A stretch of DNA of 32,632 nucleotides, from positions 1-32,632 of the IMG/VR virus record IMGVR_UViG_3300017766_000824. One strand, given 5' to 3'. The stretch is from a virus. Its lineage: Duplodnaviria > Caudoviricetes. The position numbers and the translations under genes were made by a program. Of the stretch, positions 27,145 through 32,632 are shown piece after piece. Every line of letters starts with the position of its first letter. Positions within the stretch are counted from its first letter, which is position 1. Below the pieces are notes generated by a model, which had not been told where the DNA came from, did no database searches, and saw nothing but the letters and a program-made list of their open reading frames with translations.

Positions 27145-28437
27145 ATGACAAAAGTTATTGTAGCAAAAACTAAAATTGATTGTGAGCATTTGCTTGGTCA
27201 ATTCCTTGATGAATCTCATTACGATACATTGATAGAAGAAGATACAGATTGTTATTTACAAACTGAAGACGAGAGTAGCATTGCATTTAAGTTTCGTAAA
27301 AACTATTTCAGCAAACAAGAACAAGATAATGCTTATGCTGGATTGCGTGAGGCTGCTACTCCAACTCAAAACCGTGGACTTGCGGCTGGACCTAAAGGTG
27401 AGAAGTGCGGAAATCGCGAGTGGGTTTCAGAATTTCAATTGCGCGTGTTTGATTTCTTTAAGAAAGAACCAGAAAACTCAGTCGTTACAATTGATGCTAG
27501 GCAAGAAGTTGAAATCTTGCGCTCTAGATATAGTAACATAGAATCAAGTCGTGGATTAGTTTGGCTGACGCAGAAAGTCAAAGAGAACAATTTTAATTTT
27601 GAAGATTGGTTGAATAGAATTTTAAATGTGAGCGTCAAAGAACGCAAAGAGGAATCTATTGGTGTCGAAGAAACATACATCTCAGATACGACGTATGCTA
27701 ACGTGGTCAACTCGGGTATTGCTGGTTGGTTCGATCGTTACCCTCGGATTCCTTACGGTCGTGCTACTTCTTATACACAAAATCATTACGAAAAGTTTCA
27801 AATGGCTTTTCCGTTTCTTCAATCGCTAGATCTTGGATTTAAACAATTACTTCCTGTACGATGGTCTAATCAACGAAATGTTGCAGATAAAGTTGACCCA
27901 GCATTTCTTGTTCCAGAAACTGTGTTCACAACAATTACAGTGAACAAAACTTTTCGAACAGCAGCGCATCGCGATGCTGGTGACTTCACAAATGGATTGA
28001 GTAATCTTCTGGTTCTATCAAACAATGGCAATTATTCAGGCGGATACTTAATTCTCCCTGAGGTTCGGATTGCTGTTAATGTTCGTCCAGGTGATCTATT
28101 GCTAGTAAACAACCATGAGTATATTCATGGCAATACTCCAATCGTTTTACATGATGAAGAAGCAGAACGTATTTCTCTTGTCTGTTACTTCCGCGAAAAG
28201 ATGCTTGAACTTGGGAGTAAAGAATATGAAGATCATCGATTTAATTATGTTGAGTGCCGTCGAAGAAACAAAGAACATCCACTACAGCGAAAACTCTGGA
28301 ACGGAATCAGTCCAGGAATGTGGGAAGAGCAAGAGTGGTATGAATATCTTGAGAAAAATGGTGGCACAGAAATGGTTGCGAAATACCACCCAGAGGCGTA
28401 TAATAAAGAATCTACCTTAGAAGATTTGTTTGGATAA
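27145..28437 (+). CDS. TET/JBP-family 2OG-Fe(II) dioxygenase (5-methylpyrimidine oxygenase)
   Basis: SGIAGWFDRY, FTTITVNKTFRTAAHRDAGD (HxD), PGDLLL...IHGNTP (distal His) and RISLVCYFRE (2OG-binding RxS), the TET/JBP signature arrangement; adjacent to glycosyltransferases. Confidence 0.88.
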   Translation: MTKVIVAKTKIDCEHLLGQFLDESHYDTLIEEDTDCYLQTEDESSIAFKFRKNYFSKQEQDNAYAGLREAATPTQNRGLAAGPKGEKCGNREWVSEFQLRVFDFFKKEPENSVVTIDARQEVEILRSRYSNIESSRGLVWLTQKVKENNFNFEDWLNRILNVSVKERKEESIGVEETYISDTTYANVVNSGIAGWFDRYPRIPYGRATSYTQNHYEKFQMAFPFLQSLDLGFKQLLPVRWSNQRNVADKVDPAFLVPETVFTTITVNKTFRTAAHRDAGDFTNGLSNLLVLSNNGNYSGGYLILPEVRIAVNVRPGDLLLVNNHEYIHGNTPIVLHDEEAERISLVCYFREKMLELGSKEYEDHRFNYVECRRRNKEHPLQRKLWNGISPGMWEEQEWYEYLEKNGGTEMVAKYHPEAYNKESTLEDLFG

Positions 28438-28440
28438 TTT

Positions 28441-29769
28441 ATGAAAATATTGACTGTTGTTCATGACTTCAATAACTTCGGTGGCATTATTTCGCACACT
28501 GAACAATTGATTGCTGGCTTTAAAGATCTTGGTCACGAGACTGGTTTCGTATATCTACGAAGCACAAAGTCTGGTGGTAGGTTTTCTGACGATTATGAAA
28601 AGGAAGGTTATGATATTGGAGTGGGAACAGGTATCCCAGTTCATCAAGGTAAAGGTTGGCGAGGTGAGTATCTCTCTTTCATTAATGATGAGGATGTGAA
28701 CAAATTTGTTAATCTCGCCAACTCATATGACGTTGTTATCTGGCAATCAATCTTCGGATTTAAGTGCCAGGATTCTGAGGGTAAACAATCTTGGCTTCGT
28801 ATGTTCACTGATGTGAAAGCCAAGCACATTGTCATTGTTCACGATGGTAATCTTAAAAAGAATTATCCTTGGATTCATCATCTTCGTAAGCACATTACTG
28901 GTCTTGCTTGTGTGCATCCTAGTGCATTCAATCAGGCTGCTGCTATGGAGATTCCTCGCGCATTAATTCTTAACCCTCAAGACATATCTAAGAAGCGAGG
29001 CACTTCGTTTGATGAAAAGACTGACACGATCTTCTCGCTTCAAACATTTAAACGTTGGAAGCGTGTTGATGATCTTGTAGCAGCAGTTCCATATATTCAT
29101 GGTCAAGTGATTGTCGCTGGTGATGGTATTGAGCGTGCTTACATGGCATCAAAGGATAAGTGTAAGCCAGAGTATTATTGTACACTTGATCGCGATCCGC
29201 AAGCAACTGAAGATCGCATCGGTAAACCTATTTGGCAAAATGCGCTTAACAAGGGAATGCAATATATTGGTTTCGTCTCTGAACAAAAGCGTGATGAGAT
29301 TCTGAGCCATAGTAAATTTTTGCTCGACCCTTCTTGGTCAAAGACTTATGGTGAACATTTTAATCGTGTAGTCATTGATGCAATGCTTATGGGCGTAGTT
29401 CCTATTGCTCGTAATCTTGGCGTCTCTGATAATGAGAAAGGAATTGGTCTACTCAAGCCAGGCAAAAACTATTTGATGATTCCTTGGGATGCTACACCGA
29501 AACAGTTCGGTGATCTCTGTACTAAGTTCTTGATGATGCAGCCATTCGATTATGGTAAGATTGTTGCTAACAACTGGGAATTTGTGAAACAGTTTGATCG
29601 CAAAATTATTGCGTCACAATATTTGAGTTTGGCTTACAATCTCGAAGGCGTCAAGATTGGTAAATATGATCAAACGTTAAATGATACAGTGGATTCTGTT
29701 TGGAATGGTCACTTTAAATTTGAACAAAAATTAAACGTCGCAAACACGCTAGATGATTTTTTTGGTTGA
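28441..29769 (+). CDS. GT-B fold (GT4-like) glycosyltransferase, probable DNA glycosyltransferase
   Basis: MKIL.V...FGGI..H...L..G...LGHE N-terminus, KRWKRVD, VAGDG, GFVSE and PSW...EHFNRVVIDAM..G.VPI motifs; 3 nt after the TET/JBP gene. Confidence 0.85.
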   Translation: MKILTVVHDFNNFGGIISHTEQLIAGFKDLGHETGFVYLRSTKSGGRFSDDYEKEGYDIGVGTGIPVHQGKGWRGEYLSFINDEDVNKFVNLANSYDVVIWQSIFGFKCQDSEGKQSWLRMFTDVKAKHIVIVHDGNLKKNYPWIHHLRKHITGLACVHPSAFNQAAAMEIPRALILNPQDISKKRGTSFDEKTDTIFSLQTFKRWKRVDDLVAAVPYIHGQVIVAGDGIERAYMASKDKCKPEYYCTLDRDPQATEDRIGKPIWQNALNKGMQYIGFVSEQKRDEILSHSKFLLDPSWSKTYGEHFNRVVIDAMLMGVVPIARNLGVSDNEKGIGLLKPGKNYLMIPWDATPKQFGDLCTKFLMMQPFDYGKIVANNWEFVKQFDRKIIASQYLSLAYNLEGVKIGKYDQTLNDTVDSVWNGHFKFEQKLNVANTLDDFFG

Positions 29770-29811
29770 CTATATAAGTTTGTGACTTGAATTCTTAAAT
29801 CTGGAGTTAAT

Positions 29812-30624
29812 ATGAAATTAGAAGTTAAAGTAGAAGAACTACGCAAAAATAAATTGTTCATTGCCACACCAATGTATGGTGGTATGGCTCACGGTATGTA
29901 TGTAAAGTCCTGTTTGGATTTACAAACAATTTGTTCCCAGTATGGTATCGAAGTTCGATTCTCATTTATATTTAATGAGTCGTTAATTACAAGAGCACGT
30001 AACTATCTTGTTGATGAATTTCTGCGATCTGGTTTTACTCACTTGTTGTTCTTAGATGCTGATATTCATTTTGATCCAAGAGACGTTGTTGCTCTCTTGG
30101 CTTTAGATAAAGATGTTGTTGGTGGACCTTATCCAAAGAAGTCCATTAAATGGGGCGCAGTTAAAGAAGCAGTTAAAAAGACGCCAAATATTGAACCAGG
30201 TGATCTTGAAAAGGTTGCTGGCGATTTCGTGTTTAATCCAGCACCAGGAACTGATAAGTTTTCTGTTGCCGAACCTATTGAGGTTCTTGAGATCGGTACT
30301 GGTTTCATGATGGTTAAGCGCGAAGTATTTGATAAGTTTAAAGACGCATATCCGCAACTTCGTTATAAGCCAGACCATGTTGGTCAGGCAAATTTTGATG
30401 GTTCACGATACATTCATGCCTACTTCGATACAGTAATTGACAGCAAGGAAAACGGTGGATTCGGTTCTGATCGTTACTTGTCTGAAGACTACATGTTCTG
30501 CCAGTGGTGGCGACGTTTGGGTGGTCAAATTTGGCTCTGCCCATGGATGCGTACGCATCATGTTGGAACCTATGCATTTACTGGTGACATGCCAGCCGTT
30601 GCAAACTTCGTCGGATCTCTATAA
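29812..30624 (+). CDS. GT-A fold glycosyltransferase-like protein
   Basis: LFIATPMYGG, NESLITRARN, HLLFLDADI (DxD), GTGFMMVKREVF, LSEDYMFC and HVG motifs; SD GGAG. Confidence 0.82.
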   Translation: MKLEVKVEELRKNKLFIATPMYGGMAHGMYVKSCLDLQTICSQYGIEVRFSFIFNESLITRARNYLVDEFLRSGFTHLLFLDADIHFDPRDVVALLALDKDVVGGPYPKKSIKWGAVKEAVKKTPNIEPGDLEKVAGDFVFNPAPGTDKFSVAEPIEVLEIGTGFMMVKREVFDKFKDAYPQLRYKPDHVGQANFDGSRYIHAYFDTVIDSKENGGFGSDRYLSEDYMFCQWWRRLGGQIWLCPWMRTHHVGTYAFTGDMPAVANFVGSL

Positions 30625-30630
30625 TCATAT

Positions 30631-31302
30631 ATGATTGTTGGACTCGTTGGCTTTATTGGGGCAGGAAAAGGCACAGTCGCAGACCTCTTGGTAGAGAAAC
30701 ACGATTTCTTCAAAGAAAGTTATGCGAATAGCGTCAAAGATGCTTGTGCTGCCATATTTAATTGGAATCGTGCTATGCTCGAAGGAGATACTCCAGAGTC
30801 AAGAGCATGGCGCGAAACTAAAGATGAATGGTGGTCAAACAAACTTGGTCGAGAATTTTCGCCAAGACTCGCGCTCCAACTTATGGGCACAGAGGCAGGT
30901 CGTGATGTATTTCATCCTGACCTCTGGGTTCATACTGTAATGCGTCGATGCGAAAATGCACCTTGGAACAACTATGTTATTGCAGATGTGAGATTTCCGA
31001 ATGAGATCAAGGCTATACGAGATTCTGGGGGACATGTTATTCGTGTTCGTCGTGGTCCTAATCCTGAGTGGTATGATCTTGCTCGAGACTGCAATCTGGG
31101 AGTTTGCAAACAAGAAGTAATGCGCAACGCATATCCAGAAGTTCATTATTCAGAGTGGGCTTGGATTGGTGGTGACTATGATATTGTGATGGACAATAAT
31201 TGCGCATTAGATGAATTAGAAATTAGGGTTGATAAACTGGTTGATTCGTTATATAATAATCATGTTGAAGCAAATGAGGTTCTAAATTATGAAACTTTCT
31301 GA
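30631..31302 (+). CDS. gp1: Deoxynucleoside monophosphate kinase (T4 gp1-like)
   Basis: P-loop GFIGAGKGT, SPRLALQLMGTE..R and VIADVRFPNE motifs. Confidence 0.92.
   Translation: MIVGLVGFIGAGKGTVADLLVEKHDFFKESYANSVKDACAAIFNWNRAMLEGDTPESRAWRETKDEWWSNKLGREFSPRLALQLMGTEAGRDVFHPDLWVHTVMRRCENAPWNNYVIADVRFPNEIKAIRDSGGHVIRVRRGPNPEWYDLARDCNLGVCKQEVMRNAYPEVHYSEWAWIGGDYDIVMDNNCALDELEIRVDKLVDSLYNNHVEANEVLNYETF
31229..31257 (+). promoter_or_regulatory. sigma70-like promoter inside the dNMP kinase 3' end, driving gp45
   Basis: TTGATA (31229-34), 17-bp spacer, TATAAT (31252-57); SD-like GAGGT before ATG 31289. Confidence 0.65.
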
Positions 31303-31972
31303 TGAGACGATTAATATTTTGAAAAACTTTTCCAGCATAAACCAAAGTTTGCTGTTTAAGCAAGGAAATGTTTTAAAGACGATTTCGGGATTGAAGACTA
31401 TTTTTGCTGAGGTAACTATTCAAGAGAACTTTCCAAAAGAGTTCGCAATATATGACTTGAATAAATTTTTGGCAAAGGTTTCGCTATACAAAGGTCCAGT
31501 TCTTGACTTCACAGAAGATAGAGTTGTAATTGCAACTGAAAATCTGAAGCGATCTGATTATATCAAGTATTGTTCCCCCAAACTTATCACAGTCCCGCCT
31601 GAAAAAAATCTATCGTTGACAAACATAGATTGCTCGTTTACTGTTTCTCAAGAAGATCTAGAGTGGATGAGAAAGAGCGCAGGTATATCAGGCTCGCCGA
31701 ATTTCATCTTTCAGAGCGATGGCACATCAATTAATTTTATTGCCACAGACGTTAAAGACGATGCATCGGATCAATCTAAGATTGAAATCGGGACTAGCGA
31801 TGCAACGTTTAAAGTTGTTATGAAGGTTGACAACTTTAAAATGATCGACGGATCTTATGACGTTTCAGTATCTCGTCGTGGTATGGCTATGTTCAAACAT
31901 AAGAATATTCCTATCACATACTACATCGCTATTGAATCAGCCAGTTCTGAGTTTGAACCAGAGGAAGCATAA
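31289..31972 (+). CDS. gp45: DNA polymerase sliding clamp gp45
   Basis: MKLSDETINILKNFSSINQS, FAIYDLNKFL, G.Y.V.VS and YYIAIE motifs. Confidence 0.96.
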   Translation: MKLSDETINILKNFSSINQSLLFKQGNVLKTISGLKTIFAEVTIQENFPKEFAIYDLNKFLAKVSLYKGPVLDFTEDRVVIATENLKRSDYIKYCSPKLITVPPEKNLSLTNIDCSFTVSQEDLEWMRKSAGISGSPNFIFQSDGTSINFIATDVKDDASDQSKIEIGTSDATFKVVMKVDNFKMIDGSYDVSVSRRGMAMFKHKNIPITYYIAIESASSEFEPEEA

Positions 31973-31974
31973 TC

Positions 31975-32211
31975 ATGGCACTTGATAAAGCAAAGGTTTT
32001 GGGATGCCTTCAAGAAATCTCAAACTCACTTACTCGCGTCGAAGCAGAACGTGATTTAATCAAAGACATTCTCCAGAAGATGCAAGACGAGTGCGAAATC
32101 CCCAAGAAGTTGGGTCGTAAACTAGCAAAAACATATCATAAACGTAACTATGAGGAAGAAGTCGCTGAACAGAGCGATTTTCAAACTATTTACGAAAACG
32201 TGGCTAAATAA
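31975..32211 (+). CDS. dsbA: Small dsDNA-binding protein, T4 DsbA-like
   Basis: 78-aa helical protein, EISNSLTRVEAERDLIKDI...IPKK...KLAKTYHK.NYEE, resembling the phage DsbA/GapR-like family. Confidence 0.65.
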   Translation: MALDKAKVLGCLQEISNSLTRVEAERDLIKDILQKMQDECEIPKKLGRKLAKTYHKRNYEEEVAEQSDFQTIYENVAK

Positions 32212-32216
32212 GTTTA

Positions 32217-32293
32217 TTGGGGCGCAACTGTTCTTGTTGACAGCACACTCCGCCAGACTGCCGCTGTGAGGGTTCACCTCCTCCGTCCCAACC
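32217..32293 (+). ncRNA. Putative structured RNA: tRNA-like four-way junction
   Basis: Four abutting helices (32217-24/32284-91, 32225-28/32236-39, 32240-44/32263-67, 32268-72/32279-83). GC-rich island in an intergenic gap with a late-promoter-like GCTAAATA at 32203-10. Confidence 0.55.
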
Positions 32294-32313
32294 TTTTATT
32301 ATGAGAATTTACT

Positions 32314-32632
32314 ATGAATGAAGTGTTGTTTGTTGAAAAATATCGTCCTCATACTATTGCCGATTGTATTCTTCCAGAGGAATACAAAAATACTTTTCAG
32401 TCGTATGTAGATCGCAAGGAGATTCCCCATCTCCTTCTCTGCGGCGGACCAGGTACAGGCAAGACCACCGTTGCTCGTGCGCTGTGTGATGAGATTGGTT
32501 GCGACTATTTGATGATCAACGGTTCGGATGAGTCGGGTATCGACACTTTCCGAGTCAAGATCAAGAACTATGCAAGTTCAATGTCTCTCGGTGGCGGCAA
32601 GAAAGTTATCATTATCGATGAAGCAGATTATC
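32314..32632 (+). CDS. gp44: Clamp loader large subunit gp44 (3'-truncated; absent from ORF track)
   Basis: Hand translation MNEVLFVEKYRPHTIADCILP...PHLLLCGGPGTGKTTVARAL...INGSDESGIDTFR...KVIIIDEADY; open to the window end. Confidence 0.95.
   Translation, partial: MNEVLFVEKYRPHTIADCILPEEYKNTFQSYVDRKEIPHLLLCGGPGTGKTTVARALCDEIGCDYLMINGSDESGIDTFRVKIKNYASSMSLGGGKKVIIIDEADY

Noticed and set aside
29766-29800. TTGACT / TATAAG as an internal promoter for the GT-A gene
   Set aside because: No -10 box at 16-18 bp spacing and only a weak match to the late box.
32217-32293. Canonical tRNA or tmRNA gene
   Set aside because: Lacks U8/A9 linker, D-loop GG, 7-nt anticodon and T loops and a tag reading frame; reported only as tRNA-like.
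1-32632. Alternative genetic code (stop-codon reassignment)
   Set aside because: Core genes are full length under the standard code and coding density is high.

Overview
Segment of a T4-like myophage genome with the gene order seen in T4-like cyanophages and uncultured aquatic phages. All credible genes lie on the + strand. The window runs from the 3' end of a collagen-like tail fibre with an S74 chaperone domain through the late virion block (gp13-gp23, gp3) and the recombination and late-transcription genes (uvsY, uvsW, gp55, gp47, gp46, with two inserted 2OG-Fe(II) oxygenases). It continues with a peptide deformylase, an early MoxR/CobS-like AAA+ and vWA-metallopeptidase module, a putative DNA hypermodification cluster (TET/JBP-like dioxygenase, GT-B and GT-A glycosyltransferases, dNMP kinase), gp45, a DsbA-like gene and the start of gp44. 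Four observations stand out. (1) The TET/JBP dioxygenase and the GT-B enzyme both end in a T4-type clamp-binding tail (TLEDLFG / TLDDFFG), suggesting clamp-tethered, base-J-like DNA glycosylation. (2) A perfect four-way-junction, tRNA-like RNA lies just upstream of gp44. (3) Two early promoters share identical geometry, an IHF-consensus box and leaderless ATGs. (4) A perfect-consensus sigma70 promoter points antisense into the late genes. All family calls come from motif recognition and synteny; no database search was run.
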